Assembly: GCA_965242865.1 (NCBI GenBank)
Contig: CBDETK010000013.1
Span: 4,160,001-4,224,000 of the forward strand
DNA length: 64,000 nucleotides
Reading direction: 5' to 3'
From: Candidatus Latescibacterota bacterium
Lineage (GTDB): Bacteria > Latescibacterota > UBA2968 > UBA8231
The notes below the pieces were generated by a model. It was not told where the DNA came from and ran no database searches. It was given only the letters and a program-made list of their open reading frames with translations. This document shows positions 1-8,099 of this stretch, in pieces (within the stretch, counting starts at the first letter, position 1; every line of letters starts with the position of its first letter). A program made the position numbers and the translations under genes.

Positions 1-2
1 TT

Positions 3-239
3 ATCGACGCGCTGGACCGGGGCGAGGACCCACCCGGCAGCGGCGAGAACGGCGTCAAGGTCCTCGAAATGGCCATTGCGGTGCGCGAGTCGCACCGGCG
101 GGGGTGTGCGCCGGTGGCGTTGCCGCTGGCCGACCGCAGCCTACGCATCATCCCCAACCCCTCGCGGATGTACAACAAGAAGCCGCTCTTGGGCCGCGAA
201 AAATACATGGATCAGGTTTTGTCCCACAAGAAGGACTGA
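3..239 (+). CDS. 3' end of a probable Gfo/Idh/MocA-family oxidoreductase (partial, runs off the window)
   Basis: Manual translation IDALDRGEDPPGSGENGVKVLEMAIAVRESHRRG...KKD*, TGA at 237-239; resembles the C-terminal helix of Gfo/Idh/MocA proteins. Confidence 0.6.
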   Translation: MDALDRGEDPPGSGENGVKVLEMAIAVRESHRRGCAPVALPLADRSLRIIPNPSRMYNKKPLLGREKYMDQVLSHKKD

Positions 240-253
240 GAAGGAGCCCAGCC

Positions 254-1825
254 ATGGACCGCCCTCGTTTGATTCACTACAACGACGCGCACCACTTTCA
301 CGCCAAGCGGCTCGACCCCCCGGCCAGCCGCCACCTCCTGCACTGGCCAGTAGATGAGGTCTTGGGTACGGGCGTGGAGCTGCTGGTTTTGGGATTGGGT
401 TATAGCGACGTCTTCTTTCACCAGAGCGCGGTCGGCCGCGTGGTGGGGCAGGGGAAGGAGGTGTGGGAAAACTACATTGACTGGCGGATCATGCGGATGG
501 TCGAGGCGGCCAAGGAGCTGGGCACGGACCAACTGCGGGCGGTGATTGAGCGCGGCCGGGAGACGGGGCTAAAGGTCTTTCCCAGCCTAAAGCTGCAGGA
601 CTCGGCCCGGCCGGGACACGAGCGGTCGGGGCGGCTCAAGGAGCAGCGCGGGGCCGAGGTGTGCATTGGCGACGCGGGCCGGGCCGAGTGGTGTTACGAC
701 TACGCGCAAGCGGCCGTACAGGAAGACAAGCTGGCCCTCATCGGCGAGGTGTTGGAAGGCTACCGAGCCGATGGATTGGAACTGGATTTTTGCTTTGACA
801 ACTTCTATTTCAAACAAGATGAAATTCAAAAAAACGCGCCGCTGATGACCGAGTTCGTGGCTAAGGTGCGGCGCTTGGCCGAGGAAATCGGTGCGCGGCA
901 GGGCCGCAACATTCCGCTCATGGCGCGGGTCCACCTCAAAGAGCAAGACAACCTCGCCGTGGGGTTGGACGTGGCGGCGTGGGTCCGGGCCGGCAGCCTC
1001 GATTGGGTCGTCGGCCAAGACGCGAATGTGCTGGTTGACGTAGGTATTCAAGCGCCGTGGTTGGCCGAGGTGGCCGACAATGCGGACGTTGCGGCGTATT
1101 ACCGGCCACCGCGCCGGATATACGACGAGCGGGTGGGCTTGCCGAGCATTGAGATGTACCGCGCCCTCAGCCAGACTTTAGCTTGGCAGGGCTACGCCGG
1201 GATGTATTTGGGCTATATGCCTTGGCCCTTTGCCGAGCGCGAGTACCAAATCCTGCGCGAGGTGGCCTATCCGCAAGCCCACGCCCGGCGCGACAAACGC
1301 TACCTGCTGCCGCCACGCGAGGGCGCGATTGGGGAGGCGACTTGTACGCCGGAGCGCCAAGTGCCGCAACCGCTCTTGGCTGGCGAGACGGTCGCGCTCG
1401 ATATCTGGGTGGCCGACGATGTGGAGAGCGCCCGCCGCGACGGCGAGCTGCGCCCAGCCATTCTGACGCTGCGCTTTGCCTTTTTCTGCATTGAGGACGA
1501 GATAGAAATGCGCTTTAATGGTCGCGTCCTGTCCCGCGCCGAAGCCGAAATCAGCGACGAGCGGGCGTTGACCATACCCCTACAACTCGCCGGAAATATG
1601 GCGGTGCAAGCCCCGTTGGGTTTTTCCGCGCATTGGTTCCGCTTTCGCTTGGCCCCAGAGGAAATAAGGCGCGGCGCCAATCGGGTTGAGATTGAGGTGA
1701 AGAAGCTGGAGGCACGTGCGGGTTTTGCCCGTAGCATCAATGGAGCGGAAATTTTGCTCCGCTACAAGGATTTTGTGCGGCCTGAAGGCTTGGTGCTGGA
1801 ACGGATTGCGCCGCTGGGGGGTTGA
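254..1825 (+). CDS. Glycoside hydrolase-like (GHL10-type TIM barrel) protein
   Basis: ATG at 254 after AAGGAG; LIHYNDAHH, YDYAQAAV and ADGLELDF motifs. Confidence 0.6.
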   Translation: MDRPRLIHYNDAHHFHAKRLDPPASRHLLHWPVDEVLGTGVELLVLGLGYSDVFFHQSAVGRVVGQGKEVWENYIDWRIMRMVEAAKELGTDQLRAVIERGRETGLKVFPSLKLQDSARPGHERSGRLKEQRGAEVCIGDAGRAEWCYDYAQAAVQEDKLALIGEVLEGYRADGLELDFCFDNFYFKQDEIQKNAPLMTEFVAKVRRLAEEIGARQGRNIPLMARVHLKEQDNLAVGLDVAAWVRAGSLDWVVGQDANVLVDVGIQAPWLAEVADNADVAAYYRPPRRIYDERVGLPSIEMYRALSQTLAWQGYAGMYLGYMPWPFAEREYQILREVAYPQAHARRDKRYLLPPREGAIGEATCTPERQVPQPLLAGETVALDIWVADDVESARRDGELRPAILTLRFAFFCIEDEIEMRFNGRVLSRAEAEISDERALTIPLQLAGNMAVQAPLGFSAHWFRFRLAPEEIRRGANRVEIEVKKLEARAGFARSINGAEILLRYKDFVRPEGLVLERIAPLGG

Positions 1826-1869
1826 GTGCTCCTAAGTACGCGTTGAGTCCACATTTTTACTACTCCCGC

Positions 1870-1912
1870 TGAATCCGGGGTCGAGGGCAAGATGCCCTCG
1901 ACCCTTAGAAAG
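1870..1912. repeat. REP-like palindromic element, copy 1 (TGAATCCGG-GGTCGAGGGC-AAGAT-GCCCTCGACC-CTTAGAAAG)
   Basis: Perfect stem between convergent genes; related copy at 17472-17514. Confidence 0.75.
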
Positions 1913-1945
1913 CTGGTCGCTGGTATCGTGCAGTAAGGCCGCCAG

Positions 1946-3331
1946 CTACTCCTGCGCGAAAGATTGGTGTGTGCAATGTCCCCCCACCGGCCTGAGTTGC
2001 CCCTTGCCGGTCACCGCATAGTTGCGGCCGTCGCGCTCGGGCACCACGTAGCGTTCGTACCACGCCTCCAGTCGCTGCTTCAGCTCGCCAATCCGCTCGG
2101 CTTGCTTGGGATCGCCCGCTAAATTGGTGCGCTCGCCCGGGTCGTTGGCGAGGTCGTAGAGTTCATGTGGTCCGTCTGGATAGCGGTGGACGTATTTCCA
2201 ATCCTCGGTACGCATCATCCGCGTCGCCCCGTACTCGTCGTAGATCACGACCTCCGCCTGACCGGGGTCGTCGGCTCCCAACAACAGCGGCAACACGCTC
2301 TGGCCGGGTAGGTCGAGCTGGGCTGGCAGCGGCAACGCTAGATAATCGAGCAAGGTCGGCATGAAATCGTAGGCACTGACCAGGCCCTTTTGGACGCCTC
2401 CCGCAGGGATGCGACCGGGGTGGCTGACGACGAAGGGCACCTTGATCGAGTTCTCATACATGTTCAGCGGATAGGTCCCATTGCCCTTGCCCCAGAACCC
2501 GTGGTGGCCGCAGCTAAAGCCGTTGTCGCTGGCAAAGACCACTAGCGTGTCCTCGCGCAGCCCCCTTTCCTCCAGCTTGTTGAGGATCCGCCCGATGTCG
2601 CGGTCCATTGCGGTCACCGCCGCGAAATAGCCCTTGAGCATCTCGCGGTTGCCCAAGCAGCCCTCGCTCAGCGATTGCCCCACCGCCCACGGGTGAATCT
2701 CCTCCTGCGGACAGGAGTCAAACGCGCAGTCGTCGTAGGAATCGACGATTTCTTGCGGGTGGCCGGTCCACGGACTGTGCGGCGCAGTGTAGTGGACGCC
2801 TAAGTAAAAGGGCGCGTCGCCGTCGGCCTGCCGGTCGATAAATGCCAGCGCGTCGTTGGTGATCGCCGTGGTGACGTAGCCGCGCTCGGTGATCCGCTCG
2901 CCGTTGCGGATCATGGGCGCGTCGTTGTATGGCCCGCCGCCCTGCTGATGCACGTACCAATGCGCGAAGCCGTGCTGTGCGAGTTGGCTGTGCCCTAAGT
3001 GCCACTTGCCGCTTAGGCCGCAGACCCAGCCGTTTGCCGCGAGGATGTCGGTATAAGCGACCTCGCCGGCGAGATAAGCGGCTGCATCTGCGCCGACGTT
3101 GCCCCCTCTGATCCAGTCGTGTACCCCGTGCTGCGAGGAGATCCGCCCGGTCAAAAAGGTCGCCCGGCTCGGCGAGCAGACCGGCGTTGCGACGAAAAAA
3201 TTGTCAAAGCGCGTGCCGGTCTGGGCGATGCGGTCGATGGCCGGCGTGCGGATTTCCGCGTTGCCATAGCAGCCAGCGGCCCAAGGGCCTTGGTCGTCGC
3301 TGAGGATGAAGACGATGTTGGGTTTATTCAC
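1946..3331 (-). CDS. Sulfatase (formylglycine-dependent S1 family)
   Basis: PNIVFILSDD, CSPSRATFLTG (CxPxR), GKWHLG, SDNG motifs. Confidence 0.93.
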   Translation of the reverse strand: MNKPNIVFILSDDQGPWAAGCYGNAEIRTPAIDRIAQTGTRFDNFFVATPVCSPSRATFLTGRISSQHGVHDWIRGGNVGADAAAYLAGEVAYTDILAANGWVCGLSGKWHLGHSQLAQHGFAHWYVHQQGGGPYNDAPMIRNGERITERGYVTTAITNDALAFIDRQADGDAPFYLGVHYTAPHSPWTGHPQEIVDSYDDCAFDSCPQEEIHPWAVGQSLSEGCLGNREMLKGYFAAVTAMDRDIGRILNKLEERGLREDTLVVFASDNGFSCGHHGFWGKGNGTYPLNMYENSIKVPFVVSHPGRIPAGGVQKGLVSAYDFMPTLLDYLALPLPAQLDLPGQSVLPLLLGADDPGQAEVVIYDEYGATRMMRTEDWKYVHRYPDGPHELYDLANDPGERTNLAGDPKQAERIGELKQRLEAWYERYVVPERDGRNYAVTGKGQLRPVGGHCTHQSFAQE

Positions 3332-3343
3332 AATGTATAGCCT

Positions 3344-3853
3344 TTAGTGCGAGTCCTGTCGCCAGCGACCGAGACGCTTGCGGGTTTCCGCCTTGGGCAA
3401 CCGGCAGCGTGGGTGAGTGCTGATTGCTTTAAGACCTGAGTATAGCTCATCGGTGCTTGCAGCGGAAACCTCAAACATCCGGTCTAGCAGCCACAAAACA
3501 CCGTGACAATCGACCTGCTCTTCGTTGGCCAACCTACGCAGCGGACCATCACCCGTGAGTAAGGTCCAAGTGTTTCTTGCCGCAAGGGCCAGAGCGAAGC
3601 TATCCGGTAGCGAGATCAACGGCTGCTTGCTCCGGTAGCCAAGGGCACAAGCGACGCCAGTGTTATCTAGTTCCTCGATCCGCAAGCCGAGCCTGAGCAG
3701 ATTATCGCCTCCGTGGTTTTTTAGTTCTCGTTCGTACAAAAGGTCCGGGACGGCAAACAGGAACGGGAGGCGAAAGCAGGTCTCTAGCAATGCCCCGCGC
3801 TCGAGATCAATCAGGATGGATGTGTCGGAGACCAGCACGTTCATAGGCTTCAT
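3344..3853 (-). CDS. PIN-domain ribonuclease (DUF3368-like putative toxin)
   Basis: VLVSDTSILIDL, SLPDSFALALA, LLTGDGPLRR acidic PIN motifs; overlaps the upstream XRE-ImmA gene. Confidence 0.85.
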   Translation of the reverse strand: MKPMNVLVSDTSILIDLERGALLETCFRLPFLFAVPDLLYERELKNHGGDNLLRLGLRIEELDNTGVACALGYRSKQPLISLPDSFALALAARNTWTLLTGDGPLRRLANEEQVDCHGVLWLLDRMFEVSAASTDELYSGLKAISTHPRCRLPKAETRKRLGRWRQDSH

Positions 3854-4922
3854 CGCACTCCAAGCCGGGCGGCTCCTCCATGCGCTGGTTCAACTTGTGG
3901 ACCGATGTTTCCAGCAGTTCGGCGGCCTTGGCCTCGGAGACCGCGCCCTCGGCCAAAGCGCGAAAGCACAGGCGCTCAAAGCGTTGGGGGACTTCGCCCT
4001 CCATGGCGTAAGGCTCTTTATAGGGCGGTTTGCGCCAGCCCAAACGGGAAAATTCGTTAAATAGTCGCCGGAACAAGGTTGGGCTGAAGATGCCGAGATC
4101 CTTGCAGCGATAGGTCAGTGCCTGAACGCTCACGCCGAATAGCTGCTTGAGGGCAAAAAGTTCACTCCATCCGATGGACGTGCGGTGCTTGCCGATTGCA
4201 GCCCACAGCACCTCGGCGGGCATGAGAAACGCCCCGGCGAAACGGTAGGCCGCCGTCTCGTTATCTACTTTTGCGCCGACCTCCAAGACCAGATGCCCCA
4301 ACTCATGCGCCATTGAGAGACGCTGTCGCTCTCCCCAGTGACCGCTGTTGACGACGAGGACGGGTACGGTGTCCTTGCCGACGCGGCGCACCCGCGCCAT
4401 AAGGCCGTCGATATTTCCAAGAGCACAAGAGAGCACCTTGATGCCTCGTTCTTCGAGTAGTTCGACTAGATTGGGAATAGGGTCGAGCCCTAAATCCCAG
4501 TGAAGGCGAAGACTATGGGCGGCGCGGTCGGCTTCTAAGGGATCGTTGACGACGGGATAGGAGGCTCCGCGCGGCTTGTCCCAGTCGAGGCTCGGCAAGC
4601 CGAGAAACTCCTCGACCATGAGGTAGCGTTCCAGTAAGTGCAGGACTTTAGCTTCGACCTGCATCTGCTCTCGTTTGCTCGTGAGACTTTGCTTGCGAAA
4701 CTCAACGCCCTCCAGCACCATTTCTTGGTCGCCGACCAAGTATTCTACGGGAACTGAGAGGGCGTCGGCTAGCGCAATGAGGACGCCCGAGCTTGGCATG
4801 GATTCGTCGCGCTCGTACTTGCCGATCGCCTGCGCCGTTACGCGATTTCCAATGCGTTCCTCCAAGGCGCGAAGGGACAGGCCAGCGGCAGAACGAGCGA
4901 GCTTGAGTCTCTGTCCGATCAT
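3807..4922 (-). CDS. XRE helix-turn-helix fused to ImmA/IrrE (M78) zinc metallopeptidase
   Basis: N-terminal GQRLKLARSAAGLSLRAL...AIGKYERDESMPS HTH; AHELGH (HExxH); AYRFAGAFLMP. Confidence 0.92.
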   Translation of the reverse strand: MIGQRLKLARSAAGLSLRALEERIGNRVTAQAIGKYERDESMPSSGVLIALADALSVPVEYLVGDQEMVLEGVEFRKQSLTSKREQMQVEAKVLHLLERYLMVEEFLGLPSLDWDKPRGASYPVVNDPLEADRAAHSLRLHWDLGLDPIPNLVELLEERGIKVLSCALGNIDGLMARVRRVGKDTVPVLVVNSGHWGERQRLSMAHELGHLVLEVGAKVDNETAAYRFAGAFLMPAEVLWAAIGKHRTSIGWSELFALKQLFGVSVQALTYRCKDLGIFSPTLFRRLFNEFSRLGWRKPPYKEPYAMEGEVPQRFERLCFRALAEGAVSEAKAAELLETSVHKLNQRMEEPPGLECDEAYERAGLRHIHPD

Positions 4923-4937
4923 GGATGGTATTCTCCC

Positions 4938-4980
4938 TTGACAGTTTACAAATAGAATATATATTTTTTACATTGTAAAC
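4938..4980. promoter_or_regulatory. Divergent promoter/operator region with inverted repeats
   Basis: TTGACA 4938-4943 and TATATT 4960-4965; GTTTACAA (4944-4951) / TTGTAAAC (4973-4980) inverted repeat; TTTACA-T-TGTAAA palindrome 4967-4979. Confidence 0.6.
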
Positions 4981-5223
4981 AGGATGGGGTTGAATTTTAT
5001 CATGCGACGCTACTGGATATGACGATGACCATCACAGCAGCATTCTCTAACAGGGAGAAAGGGAGGAAATCATGGAATAGAATTTCTGTATTCGCTCTGG
5101 CGGTGCCTAGCCGCTGACTTTTTTGCAATTTACAAAAATATCTATCACCTCACAATATATAAATTACGACCGTCGAGAATGGACGACGCTTCCTGCTCCG
5201 GCGGCACAAGCAAGGAGTCTTAA

Positions 5224-6480
5224 ATGAATTCTAGGACGATTCCACCTCACCTGACCGCACCGACAGATATTCTACTGGCTGACGTGGCGATCCGCGTCCA
5301 ACTCGGGCAGACGCGTTATCAGATGACCGTTGAGCGCTATCAGAAGATCAACAAACTGATTGAGCGCGATGGCAGCCCTCTCAAGGACCGCGTTGAGCTT
5401 TTCTACCCGCAGGGTTCTATGGCGATCGGCGCAACTATAGAGTCAAGGCTCAGGACGGATGAATTCGACATTGATGTGGTTGCACAGCTTGATCTGCCGG
5501 ACTGTGTACCACCACATGAGCCCTTGTACATGCTGTTCAAGGCGATCAGGGGCGAGCCGGGCTCCAAGTACTATAAAAAAACAAAACGAAGAACTCGTTG
5601 TGTCACTATCGGTTACGAAGACAAAATGCACATCGATGTCACGCCCGTTATTCGGCGAGGGGACACTCCAGAACGCGAGAGTTGGCTCTTTCATGACCGG
5701 CCAGAAGCACCTCAAGAGCCGAGCTACAGCCTTATCGCCAATCCCTACGGATTCGCGGAGTGGTTTAAGGCCAATACGCCGCCCGATCAAGATTTTGCAG
5801 ACATCTTTGAGAAGCGTGCGGCCGAATACGAGCGACTGGTGTTGATGGAGGCAGCGGAGAGTGAACCCGTTCCTCGCCAAGAACCGCCATTCCGAAAGTC
5901 GAAGGCGGTGATTGTGCTCCAGCTTCTGAAGCGTTGGCGCAACGTGCAATACGATGCGAGGTCTGGGCGACGACCACCGTCTATCCTAATTGCGAAGCTG
6001 GTGGCCGGTGCCGCCAATCATACGGACCGGCTGGCGGAGGAATTGCTGTTTCAGGCACGGCATATACTGCACGAGTTTCAGCGTTTCCACAACGCAAGGA
6101 GTCGCATTCGTGTCACCAATCCTGTTTGCGAACAGGATGTGCTGACTGATCGCTGGCCGGAATCGCTGCAAGACCAAGCGATCTTTATCAACGACCTTAA
6201 AAACCTTGTTACGAAGGTCGAGATGTTGGTCTCTGGGCGCGATCTTGGCGAGATGCAGAAAATCATGGTGGAGTTGTTCGGCGAAGCACCGACAGCCGAG
6301 GTCTTTCGGACCTTCAGCGAGCGTTCGGGCAAAGAGGTTCGCGATGGGCGAAGCCAGCATCGACCGGATACTGGCAGCAGGATCATTCCGGCAACAGCGG
6401 CGACAGGGGCGACCATCCCACCGGGGGCACTGGCAACGCCAAAACACACTTTCTTCGGCGGCGAGCGACCCGGACAGTGA
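5224..6480 (+). CDS. CBASS cyclic oligonucleotide synthase (CD-NTase, SMODS; probably CdnG-like)
   Basis: FYPQGSMAIG...DEFDIDVV, HIDVTP, ANPYGF, LLKRWRN, NPV motifs; C-terminal HTFFGG tail; AAGGAG RBS. Confidence 0.92.
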   Translation: MNSRTIPPHLTAPTDILLADVAIRVQLGQTRYQMTVERYQKINKLIERDGSPLKDRVELFYPQGSMAIGATIESRLRTDEFDIDVVAQLDLPDCVPPHEPLYMLFKAIRGEPGSKYYKKTKRRTRCVTIGYEDKMHIDVTPVIRRGDTPERESWLFHDRPEAPQEPSYSLIANPYGFAEWFKANTPPDQDFADIFEKRAAEYERLVLMEAAESEPVPRQEPPFRKSKAVIVLQLLKRWRNVQYDARSGRRPPSILIAKLVAGAANHTDRLAEELLFQARHILHEFQRFHNARSRIRVTNPVCEQDVLTDRWPESLQDQAIFINDLKNLVTKVEMLVSGRDLGEMQKIMVELFGEAPTAEVFRTFSERSGKEVRDGRSQHRPDTGSRIIPATAATGATIPPGALATPKHTFFGGERPGQ

Positions 6481-6917
6481 GTCTGACGATTAGTAAACAG
6501 GTTGAACTCATGCGGCAAAGGTGGCCAGATTTCCAAGTGATCAATCGGACGGGTCGCTTGGTGCGATGGGAGGGACGGCTTCGACCCCTGAGCCAGATGT
6601 ACACGGTTCAGGTCGCTTTCTACCGGGAATGCAAAAAAGGCAGTGCCGAACATCCACCGGACGTAACGGTGATTGACCCGCCTCTGCGCCGACGAACTGA
6701 AAAGCCGGAAGAGCCCATCCCACATCACTACCAGAACCGGAATTGTCCTGAACGGCCCTTGCTATGTCTCTATGACCCGGCCACTCAGGAATGGCATCCC
6801 CGGAAACCAATCGCCCATACCATCATCCCTTGGACGATTGACTGGCTGGTTTGCTATGAGGGTTGGCTTGCAACAGGCGAATGGATGGGCGGCGGTCGGC
6901 ATCCAACAAGCGAGTAG
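6477..6917 (+). CDS. CBASS stand-alone E2-like (ubiquitin-conjugating fold) protein
   Basis: IPHHY...LCLYDP...EW...IIPW..DWL..YE.WLATGEW.GGG pattern; GTGA overlap with the CD-NTase stop. Confidence 0.85.
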   Translation: MSLTISKQVELMRQRWPDFQVINRTGRLVRWEGRLRPLSQMYTVQVAFYRECKKGSAEHPPDVTVIDPPLRRRTEKPEEPIPHHYQNRNCPERPLLCLYDPATQEWHPRKPIAHTIIPWTIDWLVCYEGWLATGEWMGGGRHPTSE

Positions 6918-6925
6918 ATGCCGCA

Positions 6926-7993
6926 ATGTTTGATAGCGATGAGGGAGTACCTCCAAAACGATCATCAGGTACGCTTAAGCATCGCCGCGTTCAACTTCCT
7001 TGGCCAGAAGATCGGAAATTTCGCATTCTTGCGATTGATGGGGGTGGCATTCGTGGAATCTTCCCAGCCACATTCCTAGCGGGACTGGAGGAACGCTATC
7101 TCGGAGGGGGGTCTGTAGCCCAATACTTTGACCTCATCGCGGGAACCTCAACCGGGGGTATTATTGCCCTTGGGCTCGCTTCGGGACTTACAGCCGCCGA
7201 ACTGCGCGATCTCTACATTGAGCGTGGGGGTGATATATTTCCCCCTATTCGCAGCGATGTTATTGGGTCCGCAAAACGCTGCTTTTGGGGCTTCTACCAG
7301 TATTTCAAGTTTCGCTACGACCGGAAGGCACTCATGTGCATTCTGCACGAGACCTTCGGCAACCGGAAATTTGGTGAGGCTCAGACGCGGCTGTGCATCC
7401 CTTCCTTCGATGGCCTGTACGGAGAGGTGTACATCTTCAAGACCCCGCATCATCCCGATTTTCGCAGGGACGCCAAGGAGCAAATGACAAAGATAGCGGC
7501 GGCTACGTCAGCCGCGCCGACGTTTTTTCGACCGCTTCAAGATGGCGGCTATACTTTCATTGATGGGGGAGTCTGGGCAAACAATCCTATCATGATCGCT
7601 TTAGTCGATGCCTTGTCCTGCTTCTCTGTCCCACGGGAGCGCATTCGCATTCTGAGCCTAGGCTGTGGGGATGACCAGTATGATGTTGGTAAAACGAAGA
7701 CGCTGCTAGGGGGTATGTTGGCATGGAAGGACATCATATATGGTGCGATGCGGCTTCAGTCTCTCAACGCGCTTGGTCAGGCCGGACTGCTGATAGGTGC
7801 GGACAGGATTATCAGAGTCAACGCGCCTACGTGTAAAAAGAAAATCCGACTGGATGACTGGAGCCGTGCTGTGGCGGAGCTACCCAATGCAGCAAAAGCA
7901 GCCCTTGACGAGTTCGGCGAAAACGCGGCGGCCGTATTTCTAATGGAACCCGCTGCCCCTTACCGGCCAATTGTCGCCGAGTCCTGCTTATAG
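6926..7993 (+). CDS. CBASS patatin-like phospholipase effector (CapV-like)
   Basis: DGGGIRG, GTSTG (catalytic Ser), SAAPTFF, DGGVWANNP; third gene of the operon; start taken as ATG 6926. Confidence 0.9.
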   Translation: MFDSDEGVPPKRSSGTLKHRRVQLPWPEDRKFRILAIDGGGIRGIFPATFLAGLEERYLGGGSVAQYFDLIAGTSTGGIIALGLASGLTAAELRDLYIERGGDIFPPIRSDVIGSAKRCFWGFYQYFKFRYDRKALMCILHETFGNRKFGEAQTRLCIPSFDGLYGEVYIFKTPHHPDFRRDAKEQMTKIAAATSAAPTFFRPLQDGGYTFIDGGVWANNPIMIALVDALSCFSVPRERIRILSLGCGDDQYDVGKTKTLLGGMLAWKDIIYGAMRLQSLNALGQAGLLIGADRIIRVNAPTCKKKIRLDDWSRAVAELPNAAKAALDEFGENAAAVFLMEPAAPYRPIVAESCL

Positions 7994-8099
7994 AGGTATA
8001 GGGGTATTGTCGGTCGCGCCGGGTATTCCAAGGTCAGGATCAGGATAAGGGCTAGGAGACTTTAGGGAGTATATACATACTATTCCCATGAATTTTGGA

